DNA of 64,000 nt from Octopus sinensis. Its lineage: Eukaryota. This document shows positions 25,271-39,319 of the stretch, piece by piece. The position numbers were made by a program, and so were the translations under genes. A model generated the notes under the pieces. That model saw only the letters and a list, made by a program, of their open reading frames with translations. It had not been told where the DNA came from and ran no database searches. Position 1 is the first letter of the stretch; each line of letters starts with the position of its first letter. The stretch lies in assembly GCF_006345805.1 (NCBI RefSeq), contig NC_043004.1, positions 5,828,001 through 5,892,000 on the forward strand, given 5' to 3'.

Positions 25271-28200
25271 TATGTGTGGGTGTGGGTATATGTATATATA
25301 TTATGTTTGCGTATATATAAGTGCGTGCGCGCATGTCACGAATATGTATTTCCAATTGAAAATTATGTTTAAACGCGCATATATTAAATAATTAAAGCGT
25401 ATTCGACTTGTGAATATATATCTTAAAATACGCTGTCCTTTAATAACTGCAACACTAGTATAATAAACACATGAAACGTGAATAAATTAGTCTTTTTTAT
25501 TATTGTTATGTATATAGGAAAACATATGTTTACGCACATGCACGACAAAGCAAAAATAAAAATAATAATTAATTCTTCCAGAATTAAATTATGTCGGAGT
25601 ACTTTATTGACTAGTTATAGCATTCCAGTGCACAAAAAAGTCAGGTTCGATTCCAAAATGTGTGTATTATCAATAACGAAGGTGAAATCTATATTCAATC
25701 GAAATATATTCGGAAATCGATTATTCAGACGGTAATTAATTCTCGTAAGACATACGGTAAAGGTAAATATACTTAAGATTATTAGCTTTTTAACGAATTT
25801 TAAACAAAATAAACTCCAGCAGTCGCATTTTACTGATATAAATCAAATTCGGGGGTGGGGAGACTATACAAGTAGCTACACTACAATTAATATCGATTTT
25901 TAATCAATAAACTATTGTTTTTATTATTTTAAAGATTGCTGCATAATATAGGCTCTTGTTTCAATGCAAAGCTTAAACAGCTCACAGTCTTCGTTGCATA
26001 CACGTTTATATGTATTAATATACTCGTATGTGTGTATTTAAGTGTATTGTAGCTTCTTGAAGCAATTCTGCATAGAAACATGCACAAATTTTGTTTCTAC
26101 ATTAAATTTTTTATTTCCATTTCAGATTAAACAAAAGGATTTTTGTATAAAATAAAACTTTTTTATTGTTGGATGCCCCTCCTAAAACTAAAATATTTTC
26201 TGTTTTTCTTCTGTGTTCACTAAAACTAAATAGAACTATGATGTATCTTGCCATAAGGCTTAAAAGGAATAAATGTATAAAAGAAATAAGAAAAAAAAAT
26301 TAGCTAAGGGAAATAACTCAAATAAGCCAACGGCATATATTGGGATATATTAAATATGTATGGATGTACTGAATGATGTACAAAAAATTAATGAATAGAA
26401 ATGTTTCTCATGGTTGGAGAAAGAAAACAAAAACCTAGTGGCATAAGTTGGCATCTAAAAAGTAGAAGGGGAGATAATTTTTTTATAAAAAAAAATTCTA
26501 TTGTCATGCTAATAGTCTGACTTTTGGTGGAGGAAGAGAATAGGAATGGATATGTTTCAATTTTCATGAACCTCATCAACAGTCAAACATAGAAAGCACA
26601 AACCTGCTTTATCAGTAAATAGGATATCATCATTATCATTTTAACACTCACCTTTCCATGCATGGGTCAGTCTGTATCTGTTTAGGCAGATTTTCAAATG
26701 AAGGATGCCCTTCTTGTCACTAACCCTCGCTTGTTTCTCCAAGCAAGGTAATATTTCCTCATAGCTGGACACATTTTAATAGAAGACTAGAAACAGGGGA
26801 CACTGCTTGTGCAAGATGCTGAAAAGTTCCTGGTTTTAAGGGTATTGCAAAAGGCCTGGCTAGAAGTCCAACCTTCCAAGTCCTTTTAGAGGACTTAGAA
26901 AAACTGAAGGACTGCTGCAATAAGTGTGTGAATCTGAGATGAGGAATATGTTGAATAAAATCATAATTAACTGATCCTCCTGTATTTTCTTTAACCCAAA
27001 ACCAAGAACTTTTCAGTTTCCCTCCTATGTTGGCGATGCTTAGTTTTACAATTATAGTGTGATGTGAAGATAAATAGATAGAAACACACACACGCACGCA
27101 CACACATATTACAAGCTACTTTTAGTTTTTAGTTTCTTTCTACCAAATCTGCTCACAGGTATTTTGTCAGCCTGGAGCAATAGTAGAAAACACTTGGCTA
27201 AGATACCATGCAGTGGGACTGAACCCAGATCATGTGGTTGGGAAGTGAACTACTTAGCTACTAAAAGAGGAAGGAGTGGGTAAAAATAATTTTTGCACCA
27301 TGGAATTTGCATCATGGAAAAAAAAGAAAAAAAGCCGGGCATAAAGTTTTGTGATAAATCATATATGGATGTACTAGGCGGTATATATCACAGTATTACG
27401 GTATTGACCAGACTATCAGATGTTGTTATACATTGCCGGTCTCAATGCGCTTTGCATTGTTTTAGCTTTCAAATCATGCCACACCACTGGTTAGGCAAGC
27501 AGGCCAACTTTCCCCCTGACTGGAAGACTGTTCTGTCACAGAGTTACCCATTTTCACCTGAGTGGCATGTGAAATGAAGTGTGTTGCTCAAGAATGTACT
27601 ACTAGGAATTGAACTTACAACCTTATAATCGTGAACTATATCCTGAAACCACTAGACCATGTACCTTCACTAAATAAAATTTTTTAAATATGAATAAATA
27701 TAAAGGCTCACACATATATGTATTTCAGTCTTGCTGTGAAATTAAACCAATAAGGGATCTTTCAGCAACTTGGTACAAGAAAAAAGTGATCAGTTTCATT
27801 GCTATTAAGTAATCATCAGAATCCACTTGTCTGCTCTTACCTATATAGACAACAGCTGAAGGCAACTTACTACTAGGAAAATAAGTATGTGCCTTTTACC
27901 TTTTTTTTTTCTTTATCTTTAGCTCTTACCTCACTACAGAGAATAGGCCATTGTTCACTTTTCTTCATTGTTCTCAACTCCAGACTGTCCTTTGTGTTTC
28001 TCTTCAGTTGGATCTCTGCTTTTTCAGTTCTGTGGCCTTACAGATTTTGCTGCACTCTCATATGTTACCTTGATGAAAGGTCTTCCTCTCTCAGCTTTTG
28101 TTGGTTTTGAATTGTCATAGATGCTTCTGTAACTTTGCCTTATTCTCGGTAGGAATGTTAACCCGATGTAAACCCATTTTTGCCTCTAGGACAAATGGAT

Positions 28201-28499
28201 AATTGAAACCTGGACAGTTCTCTGATTCGCCAGCTCCTGTCAAACTGTCTACCCTATGTCAGCATGGAAAATGGACGTTAAATGTTGATGATGATAAGGA
28301 GGAGAAGGAGAGATCCATATTAGTGTGGCTACTATTCTTTGACCTGTCTAGCATGGGAGGCCCTAACAGGAGCTTGCACTCTACTCTCATAGCTCTCAGG
28401 GTTATTGAGGCACACAAGCCATCTCACCACAACAAAGACTGGATCTTGCAATAGAAACAAGTACATATGTAGGTACAAATTAATTTGCATAATGAAGAA

Positions 28500-28865
28500 A
28501 TAAGAGCACTCAGAGAGAGCAAACCTCCACCAACGTCCTCACAACAATTAACCAGAGATGATTTTAAAATGAGAATATCTTAAATAAACTTGACTGTTCT
28601 CACAAACAAGAATACTAAAACTGAACCTGACCGCTCTCAAAAATTAAGTGAGAAACGAAGAATAATCCAGAATCCTTGTTCAGAACCAGATTGATCCCAA
28701 AATCTAATCAGTTCATACCAGTCCTGAGGCAAAACATCCCTGAAAGTTTCATCCAAATCCATCCATTGGTTCTTGAGATATCTATCTTGTCCAAGGACAA
28801 ACAAACAAATGAACAAACATGACGGAAAACAATATTTCTGCCTTCGCTAAGGTGGAGGTAATAAT
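28500..28865. mobile_element. Non-autonomous DNA element with subterminal inverted repeats (Helentron/HINE-like)
   Basis: acctccacc at about 28521 and ggtggaggt at about 28851 are followed by aataataa. The family assignment is from recollection only. Confidence 0.4.
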
Positions 28866-31865
28866 AACTAGAGCAGCATTACACTTACAGCTTAGGAATG
28901 ACCATGTATTTATATAGTCTATCTATGAAATTATCCCTGCAATGTCTTGTGATGGGTGATTGAATTAACATTAAGATTTACTCATCTGACACCAGAGACT
29001 TCTTTTTTACAAAAAAATATTTTATATAACATCAAATATGGTATATAACTAAATATCACTGAAAATTTTGTCCATCACTTTGCTAATTCTGACACTCCAC
29101 AATCTTCACTTGATTAAATAAGGAATTAAACATTTTTTAATCCTTTGGATGAAGTGGGACACCTTATCATTTTCATATATTTATAAATGGCTATTAATCC
29201 TTCCTTATAGATGTTTCTTGTCTTTCTTACTTTCATTGTGATACACAAATAAATCATATTTTCATCTGCATAATCTTTGATCATTTTCACCATTAGTTGA
29301 GATTGAAATTATGAACATTTATTTCAAATCTCAGTGTCCAATACTCTGAACTCCAAGGCTTTTCTCACTATCAGAGTTTATCTTACTAAAAGCAAATGCA
29401 GTGAACTGCACAGAATTGTACATAATTATATAGATGTCATTATCAAAATATAGTTACTAACCTTTAAATTGACATGTTTCCATCATAGGGGGACAATAAT
29501 TAAGCCGAGCTAAAGTATTGAGCCATGACATTTAGAAGAATACTCAAGCATTTAATTAAAGACTTTTTACATATGTAAAATGTGGCACTTAAAGATATTT
29601 GAAAATGACACTTATAAAAGTAATTTGTGAAAGAATTAAGAAACAAAAAATAATTTAAAAGTCTGAATAACCTTTACTATTTTTTGTAACAGTATGGATG
29701 CCATGCTGTATTTTTGGTCAATACAGACAAGATACATTGGAGTGGATCTGGTCTTTAAAGCAAACTGGAGTAAGTAATGAATATATTTTGGTCCTAATAG
29801 ATCTCTTCAGCAAACTCCAGTGACTTAGTGGACAAGAATGTTATAACCCTTAGTTTAGAATTAATGGCTCTTAACTGAAATTTAGTCTGCCTCGACCCTG
29901 GAAATTTGTTTTACACAACCAACTCATGACACTCAATGATCCATTGATATCAAACATCAAAAGCAGAATGCTATCAATCACCTTCTGACCTCATTTACAC
30001 CTTTTTCACAGTAGTCTCACTTCCAAAGACTATAATACAGATTAAACAAGCTTCATACAACTTGCATTTTGTTCATAAAGAGAAGCCCTTTTTTTTTTCC
30101 AGCAGAGAGAGCAGTTCATAAAACTATATCTACCTGGCCGTTATTTTTCTGTTCAGATTTAAGATTGTAGCCAACCCATTGCATGTTTCTATTTTCTGTC
30201 TCCTCCATCTTTTGCAGATTACACAACTTTCTGATTCTAAACTCATTTCCAACACATTTGTATTGGATAGCTTGGAAAATTTAGAATTCCCTGCTAGTAA
30301 GTGGAATGCTTTACATCATCAACATTTAACATATGTTGTCCATGCTGGCATAGGTTGGACAGTTTGATCAGTGCTGGTAAGCTGAGGGGCTGCACCAGAC
30401 TCCCATCTGATTTAGCATGGTTAGACTGAAGTCTGCCCAATTGTACATAACTCTAAACATCAACCAATATTATTAGATAGATTTTAGGCAGTGAGCTAGC
30501 AGAATCATTAACATACTAGGCAAAATGCTTAAGGGCATTTCATGTCTTTATTTATTGAGTTCAAATTCTGCCAAGGTCAGTTTAGCCATTCATCCTCTTG
30601 CAGCCAATAAAATAAGTACCAGTTAAGCGCTGGGGTTGATGTAATGAACTTCTCCACCAATCAAAATTGCTGGCCTGCCTTATGCCCAAATTAGAAAAGA
30701 TTATTAAAGCTCAACCTTTTAAATCGTTTTTTGGAGAAAAGATTTCCTTCACTGACTGGTTGTCACTGTAATTCTCGGAGATATTGGAATAATAAACATA
30801 ACTTGAATGACAATTTTAGTGTGTATTCAGTGTTCTGCTACCGTCACTGCTGAAGAAGTTATTTATAGGAATATGCAACACCAAACCATTAACTTAACAT
30901 TGACATTTCTAATTCATTTAACAGTTCTAACAAACTAGAAAATTATAAATTAACTATTTCAGACTAAACTCAACTACATTCACATGCACACATACACACA
31001 TGCTTGCACATGCATGCTGGGAAATAAGTTTACGAATTCTATAAAGCTGGAAGGATAAATTTCTGCCAATAGGTATTAAATATTCAGGAATGATTCCAAT
31101 TATTTTGTTTATATACATCTAAATTAATAAATCAATCATTCTCGTCATCATTTTATATTCATTTTTTTCCATATGCAGTATTTTGCCATTTATTATGGCC
31201 CGCTATCATCACCTTTATGAGATTCACATCTGAGGATCAGCCATCAATACTTTTTCCGTATACTCCTTGACTTTCCTCTTTCACAGATTCCTTGAAATGA
31301 TAATGTTTATATAGAGTTGTGTGACTAGGGTACTGGTAAACCAGTTGAGACATCAAGAGGCTGTCTGTATCCTGTTACTAGCCACGGTACTGTGTTAATT
31401 CTTAAATGCCAAAAACATGTATCATCATCATCATCATAATCATCATCATACTAATATCCACTTTTCCATGCTTGCATAGTTTGGAAGAAGTTTATTGAGA
31501 CAAAATTTCAACAGCCAGATCTCCTTGCTGCCAATTCTTACTAGTTTCCAAGCAAGGTAATATTTCCCCATGGCCTGAAATATTTTCACAGATTATTGGA
31601 AATGAACAACATTTATTAACAATAATTATGTGATGTCAAAACAGGAAGAGCCAAACACACACACACACGAATTAGAAGATGCTTATCCAAGGTTCTACAC
31701 CAGTATTTCTCAACCATTTTACCCTTGCGTGATCCTTAAAATAAATTACATATCTCAAGGAACCCCTGCACAAAAACATTACACACCATATCTTTCTCAT
31801 ATTTTTTCATTGTAGTTCACTTGGTAAATATCATATATATATGTGTGTGTGTGTGTGTGTATATG

Positions 31866-31941
<76 letters not shown>

Positions 31942-31984
31942 TCATATATGTATATCATTTATTATTATTATACATGCACACACA

Positions 31985-33470
31985 CACAATCAGAACTAGA
32001 GGAGAAGTTTCAGGTGTGGAAGCAAGGATTAGAATTGAAGGGCCTTAGAGTCAACCTAGCTAAAACCAAAGTCCTAATAAGTAGGAAGGCAGGCAAACCA
32101 CAAATCCCTTCAGGTAGATGGCCCTGCTCGATCCGTAGAAAAGGTGTAGGTAGAAACTCTATAAGATGTATCCAGTGTAAGCTATGGGCACATAAGAGGT
32201 GCAGCAATATCAAAAGAAAGCTAACTGGGAAGATAGTTTCTGTATGTGGCAGATGCTCAGGAGAAATAAACACTGAAAATGTGCAGAGAACAACTTCTGC
32301 CACATTCCAGGGAGAAAAACTAGAAGTAGTTGATAGCTTCTGTTACCTCGGAGACCAAGTCAGTAGCAGTGGCGGGTGTTCTGAAAGCGTTGCTGCTAGA
32401 ATAAGAATAGCCTGGGCAAAATTCAGAGAGCTCCTACCTCTGCTGGTGACAAAGGGTCTCTCAGTCAGAGTAAAAAGTAGACTGTATGATGCATGTGTAT
32501 GAACAGCCATGGCAGTGAAACATGGGCTGTGACTGCTGAGGATATGCGTAAGCTTGCAAGGAATGAAGCCAGTATGATCCGCTGCATGTGTAATGTCAGT
32601 GTGCATACTTGACAGAGAGAAAAGTTGGACTTAAGAAGTATCAGATGTGGTTTGCAAGAGAGACAACTGCGCTGGTATGGTCATTTGGTGAGAATGGATG
32701 AGGATAGCTGTATGAAAAAGTGTCATACCCTAGCGGTTGAGGGAACCTGTGGAAGAGGTAGACCCAGGAAGACTTGAGATGAGGTGGTGAAGCACGACCT
32801 TCAAACATTAGGCCTCACCGAAGCAATGACTAGTGACCGAGACCTTTGGAAATCTGTTCTGTTTGAGAAGACCCAGCAAGCCAAGTGAGACCATAACCCG
32901 TGGCCTATGGCAGTGGTATAACCAGCCCACTTATGCGTACCTTTCCTTTATTGGACACTAAATTCTGCTTGAGAAAACCTGTTGAGGCAAGTAAAATTGA
33001 AATCAAATTCTATGACTGGCATCCGTGCTTGTGAAGCACTAAGAGCACCATCCGAGTGAGATTGTTGCCAGGGCCACTGACTGGCTCCCATGCCAGTGGC
33101 ACGTAAAAAGCACCATTTGAGCATGATCGTTACCAGTGTCGCATTACTGGCACTTGTGCTGATGGTACATGAAAGACAAAATTCGAGCAAGATCATTGCC
33201 AGTGCCGCTAGACTGGCTCCTGTGCAAGTGGCACGTAAAACACACCATTTGAGCATGGCTGTTGCCAGTACCCCCTGACTGGCCCTCATGCCAAGTGGCA
33301 TGTAAAAGCACCCACTACACTCTCGGATTGGTTGGCGTTAGGAAGGGCATCCACATGTAGAAACTCTGCTAGATCAGACTGAAGCCTGGTGCAGCCATCT
33401 GGCTTGTTAGCCCTCAGTCAAACCGTTCAGCCCATGCCAGCACGGAAAGCGGACGTTAAACGATGATGAT
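31985..33470 (+). mobile_element. 5'-truncated RTE-clade LINE (RT C-terminal region, 3' UTR and (GAT)n tail)
   Basis: The ORF reads ELEEKFQVWKQGLELKGLRVNLAKTKVL...EVVDSFCYLGDQVSSSGGCSESVAARIRIAWAKFRELLPLL...RLYDACV, typical of RTE reverse transcriptase. Downstream stops are present, and the tail is aaacgatgatgatg. Confidence 0.9.
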
Positions 33471-34994
33471 GTATGTATATATAGGGTGTCCATAAATTAC
33501 AGACGTCACTAAAATATATCCCTAATGGCAGTTATTTTTGTTTTTTTGATAACATAATAGGTTAGATAGGATGATGTCTGTATTACATTATTACAATAAC
33601 CAATAATATGTTGTGCATGCATAGTAATATTACAAATCTTTCTCATAGAAGGAACTTTTTGCAGAACCCTGGTTGAGAAATGCTGTTCTATACAGTGGGA
33701 CTGAATCCAGAACCATGTGGTTAGAAAACAAAATTCTCAACCACACATTTACACCTGTGCCTACATCAACCAACCACACCTGCACTGGTGAAAATGGATT
33801 AAAACTCCATTTCTCTCTGGAACAGTCAACTGAAACACTGAAAACTACAAAAGGAATGAGTTCAAATGATTTTTTTAGTATTCTACTAATGACAATCACA
33901 GCTGACTTTGTCAATAGAGTCAGCTGTTTTATCTCATACAAAGTACTACAATCTCTTTAGATCTTGCTCACTTAGCTGTAAGGAAATTGTTGTTTTATTT
34001 CAGGTCAGTTCTGACTAAGCAGATCTGTAATCAGAAGAGTTTAAGACATGGTCACTCCATTCAAGTATAAGATAGAATGTATTCAAGATTACATTATCCT
34101 GGCCATATAGATATATTTTTTTCTATTTTTATGATTGTAAGGACTGTAAGGCATAATTTGAGGAAGACTTTGCTCTCATTTCTAATATGTAGAACAACCA
34201 CAATGTTTAACTTGATCTGCAAATAAGTAGTATTAAAGCAAGCAATTCACTGTTGGAAGCACTAAGAAGGTTATTTTACTGATAGCAGTTTCATTAGCTT
34301 GCTGTGCAGAGCTCAACATTTCAGATGTGTTTGACAATAGAATAAGACAATTGCCTGCTGTTTGAATGTTGGTGATTTGGCATGGCTGACAGAACAATGA
34401 AACCGTTTGGATTATAGTACTTTTTGACACTGGAGGCAAACACACACACACACAGAAATATACACATTGAATGAGAAAGAAGCATTGCAATTTATTAATT
34501 GATCATGATTGATATAATAATTTTCCCTCTCCCTATACATGTAAAGAGAAATATGTGCACACACATAAACAGAGAGAGAGAAAGAAAACAAGAGAAGCAT
34601 TAAAGTGTCTATTGTCAAATAAGTCATCATTGAATCAGTAATGCCAAAATTGGCTAATCTCAGCTTTATGTTCAAAAGTGTTGATAAACTAAGATGAACT
34701 ATATTACTCCCATGGAAATTTGTTAAAAACCTTTCTCATATATGAGTCAATCTTTTTGTATCATCACAACTTGTGTCATATACTTGTATTCTTTTATTCT
34801 TTTACTTGTTTCAGTCATATGACTGCAGCCATGCTAGAGCACTGCCTTTAGCCGAGCAAATTGACCCCAGGACTTATTCTTTGTAAGCCTAGTACTTATT
34901 CTATCGGTTCTCTTTTGCCAAACTAAGTTATTGGGATGTAAACACTCCAGTATTGGTTGTCAAGCGATGCCGGGGTGTGGGGGGATACACACAC

Positions 34995-35250
34995 ACACAC
35001 ATAGTTGGAATTTACAAAAAAGCAAACAAAACAAAAGATGAAGATGGGTGTGTAAACAACAAACAGATGTATTAGTTTAATGCTCAGGAAGTGAGAAAGT
35101 TTTTTACATTTCGAGCCTATGCTCTTCAACAGAAAGGAACACAGAAATAAGCAGAGAGAGAAAATAAGAAAGGTTTAGTGGCTAGCGATCAATCATGGTG
35201 AATGCTGGAGAGGTGGTCAGACAGGAGAGCTAGGAAGAAGGATGTATATA
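34995..35250 (-). mobile_element. Penelope-like pLTR fragment with a degenerate hammerhead-like motif, nested in a SINE
   Basis: The minus strand at 35135-35102 reads TTT-CTGTTGA-A-GAGC(ATAG)GCTC-GAAA-TG-TA-AAA. Related tail fragments occur at about 51233-51340 (gctcgaaacgtaaaa), 52800-52880 and 61800-61900. Confidence 0.45.
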
Positions 35251-37344
35251 TATACGAGCTTCTTTCAGTTTCCGTCTAACAAATCCACTCACACAGCTTT
35301 GGTCAGCCCAAGGCTATAGTAGAAGACACTTGCCCAAGGTGCCATGCAGTGGGACTGAACCCAGACCCATATGGTTAGGAAGCAAGCTTCTTATCACACA
35401 GCCACTCCTGCACCTATGTTTAGTTATATGGTCACAACTTCCTCCCATCCTATGGCAAGTAACATCCGATTTTACCATTTCAATAAAACGAAGATAGAAA
35501 ATAAGCAGCTTCTGAGATTTTGTATAATTTTTCAAATGATTGAGATTTCAACCTTACTTTTTCGAAATGGAAATTAAATATTTGCTTATACATAAGTGTA
35601 GTATGGGTGTATGGTTAAGAAGCTTGCTTTGCAACTATGTGGTTTTGGGTTCAGTTTCATTGCATGGCACACTGACCAATGCCTTGTGAGTGAATTTGGT
35701 AGAAAGAAACTGTATGAAAACTGTCGTATACATATGTATATGTGTCTTCATGTTTGTTCTTCCCACTGGTTGACAACCAGTGTTGGTTTGTTTACATCAC
35801 CTTATATTAGCAGTTCAGTAAAAAAGACCAATAAAATAAGCACCAGACTTTATAAGATAAATACTGGGGTCAGTTTATTTAACTAAACCAGGGCTTCTCA
35901 CCCATTTTTTACCTATGGACCCCTTTGATTACTGTTTTATTCCAGTGGACTCCCACAACCATTCAATGTTTGAAAACTAATTTTATAGATACTTCTTTCA
36001 AAATTCCGTTTTCTTATTCACATATTCACTCGTGTAGGTTGAACTGTGTGAAACATTAAAGAAACCTAGCTCTTTCTTGCAATAGGTACATCGAAAACAA
36101 AAAAATTTCATAGACCCAATTTACTATTTTGCATGTGTGAAACCCCCTACCCCAATCTTATATGGACCCTGATTGAGAACTACTGAATTAAACCCTTCAA
36201 ATCGGTACCCCAGCATGGCCGCAGTCCAGTGGTTGAACTCACTAAAAGTTATGAGATATTTAACAAATCTATGCCCAGTAATTCTCGATGACTTCATCAG
36301 CAATTAGAAAAATCGTAAACTTTAAAAAAAAATTTGTAACGCAATAAACTACACTCTTCTTGTTAAATTTTTATTCCATATGCTAAACATACAGAGCTTT
36401 TCATTCTTTAACCCTACTCTAGCATTCAAGAGCAGAAGTGGGGGTAACTAGTATCAAGGCGCGAATTTACAAGTGCACAAGAACCTACAGGGAACCGCAT
36501 TTCTGCTGAGATAAACGACTCTAATTATATAAGTTCCTAGGTACGCAACTTGTATTAAATTACTGTCTTCATTTAAGATTTAAACCATTTTCATCTTTTT
36601 GTGTGTGCTTCGTCAACAGACGGTTTTCAAATTTAAAAGCAGGTAAGGGGTTCTCCACTCTGCTTTAGAACTTGTCATACTGAATAAACTGAAGCTGTTT
36701 TTTTTTAAATTCTTCTGAGGGCAAATACATAAAGCATTATATGATATACATATAATACAACCACTTCTACGCAATGTGTGTGTGAAACTTCCGCATGTGG
36801 AAGTGTAATCCAAAGATGCGTTCGTGTGTGTTTTAAAAAACGAGAAAGTACAACGGAACAGCATGTATCTAGCTGCGAAATTATAAATCACAGTTAATGG
36901 GGGCAGGGAGACATATTCTAGATAGCTTTAAACTATATGCTCTGGTGATTGTCGACCTTTCGCAGTCGCCATGGGTTCATGATAACTAGATCATGTGGAA
37001 TAGCCGTTCACACAGCAAAAATGACCACCATATGGCAAATATTTTGTTATTGAAGTGATAAGGCCATCGATGAAGAGGGAGGTCTGTGTGAAAAATGCCT
37101 GATTGCAGTTATTCTTACTGTTGTCGTCGCTGTAACGCCCTTTCCACCTCCTCCTATCACTCCTACTACCATTTCATGTTAACGTACGTGTTCCTCCGCG
37201 GCCGCCTTACACCCAGCTCTGCCTCCCACTATCACCTTTAACTAATTAGTCTTACTAACAACAATGTGCTTGTGCACTCAAATCAATCACACCCCTTCGG
37301 CTTTTCTCTCTTTTCCCTTTGATTTATAACCTTATTTATTATAA

Positions 37345-37408
<64 letters not shown>

Positions 37409-39273
37409 TAATGCTTGCTATGATTTGAGGTTTGTTTCTTTCTTAAGTTGTTACAATATGTAGTAGTAGAAGTAGTAGTAGTTGTAGTAGAAATATAATT
37501 TACATTCACTCATTATGCCTTATTCTATTTTTGACTAAATGTTTACATTTCCTTGAAGAAGAATCTGTCACCCCATCAAACTATATTATTTTTAAATTAA
37601 TAAAAATGTTCATTACTGAGAACAATTCATTACGCTTTTATTATTTTTAAGAAAGTTTTTTTTCTCCTTTTCTTGAAATACGTGTGTTCAAAAATATAAG
37701 CTCAACGTTAAATAACAGCTTCGGCTGTCTTCAGCAACTTCTAATACATCCATATTTCCTTTCGATAAACGATTTATATGTTAATATGTGTGATTTAAGA
37801 AAATGACAGCAATAAGGTTTCGCGTAATGTATGCAGCGAAAAGGACACATTGAATCTAAACTACTACGTTACTAGGTATTTTATCACTGTACAACCAAAC
37901 CATAATATTAGTCGTAAGAAATATCTTTAAGAGTGCTGAATCGGTTTGAGGAAGGTGGGGTCATTAGGTTTGATGTTTGATCCTCAAAAGCCGGTGGTTA
38001 TGCTGTTGCTAAATGATCTCACTCGACCTTTTTTTTTTTTTTTATAGAAGACATAAAACCGACAATATGTGACAAAAATTAAAGAGACAGCAAATTACCG
38101 CCTTATTTTCTCAGTCAGTCTAAATGTTAGTGACTCAAATTGCTTTTGCGAAATTTATTTTCTCAGCCGCATTAATTGAATTTTAAAATGGCGAGACATT
38201 TTTTTCTCTCTATAGTAGCTGTACATAATTATTAATTATATTAGCCCCGTAACCATTCAAGTTTGTAAATAACCTGCATATTGTTATAGTATTTCAGAAA
38301 AATCTCTTATTTAGGAAAATAAAACGAAGTTATTTTTCATAACACAGTCGTCGAAAGCTAGCTAGTACTGATGCAGTAGAGTTTGAATAGATTTCTCCCT
38401 CCAAACACATTGTTCCACATTGTGATGAGTCAGGGTCGAAGATATGACAAGGTGTTTAAAGATGTAATTAAACGATTAACTTTAGTGTGGTTTGTTGATT
38501 TAGGTGATGGTGACAATAAACATCGAACGCCCATTTTGGTGTGGCCAGCTCGGTGGATCAGGGCGGGTCGCTCTATCTTTTGGTACACATTCTTAAACTC
38601 AACTCCTCTTTTGTATATCGCCTCACTCATCATCCTTTTCGCAGTCGTTGCCACAATCATCATCACTTACATCATTAACCATCATCGTAAACACCATCAT
38701 CTACATCACAACTTACATCATTACCTTCGCGACCGTTTATTATTATTAATCATCTTACAACATTAACTTACTATGTCAACACTCATTAAGCATCATCATC
38801 ATCATCATCATCAAAAATTTAATCAGAGTAATATTGAATTTAAATTTAGCAGTGGTTTGCTGGCCTATTGTTTTGGTAAAATAGAGTAACTTTTCTCTCG
38901 TGCAAGAGATTCATTTATTGAAGAAACCGAGTAGTTATAATATAGCAAAATACATACAGCGGCAAAGTAACTATGTATACACGCGCGCGCATGCACACAT
39001 ATTACACAACTACATACATACATACATACACTCATGCCTCGCAGTATTGAGTACTTTCTTTCGTTTAAATGCATTTCATATCTGTGGGATACTATCAATC
39101 CATTTTTACTACTGTTCATTAGTTTGTTCATAGCTTCCGTATAGTAGCAAGCTTGGTGGACCCATTACTTGCTGTATATGTGTGCTGCAACCGTGTTGTG
39201 TAAACACACACACAGACACGTGCGTGTGTCCGTATGTGTACACAGTACGATTCCAGTATATACATACATACAT

Positions 39274-39319
<46 letters not shown>

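Noticed and set aside
25620-25660. B-box-like GGTTCGATTCC suggesting a tRNA
   Set aside because: There is no A box or cloverleaf. All other tRNA-like sequences in the window are SINE heads, so no tRNA gene is called.
28930-29830. Box C/D-like motifs (GTGATGG...CTGA at about 28958-28990; ACTGGAGT/ACTCCAGT stem at about 29764-29821)
   Set aside because: Box C is imperfect or box D is absent, and the spacing does not fit a snoRNA.
37695-37740. Minus-strand CTGAAGA-CAGC(CGAA)GCTG followed by TTATTTAACGTT
   Set aside because: Stem II is good but there is no GAAA, so it is not a supportable ribozyme.
38383-38766. 127-aa plus-strand ORF with a hydrophobic stretch and a His-rich tail
   Set aside because: The Ile- and His-rich part is a degenerate (CAT)n repeat, the ORF-track start is TTG, and there is no recognisable domain.
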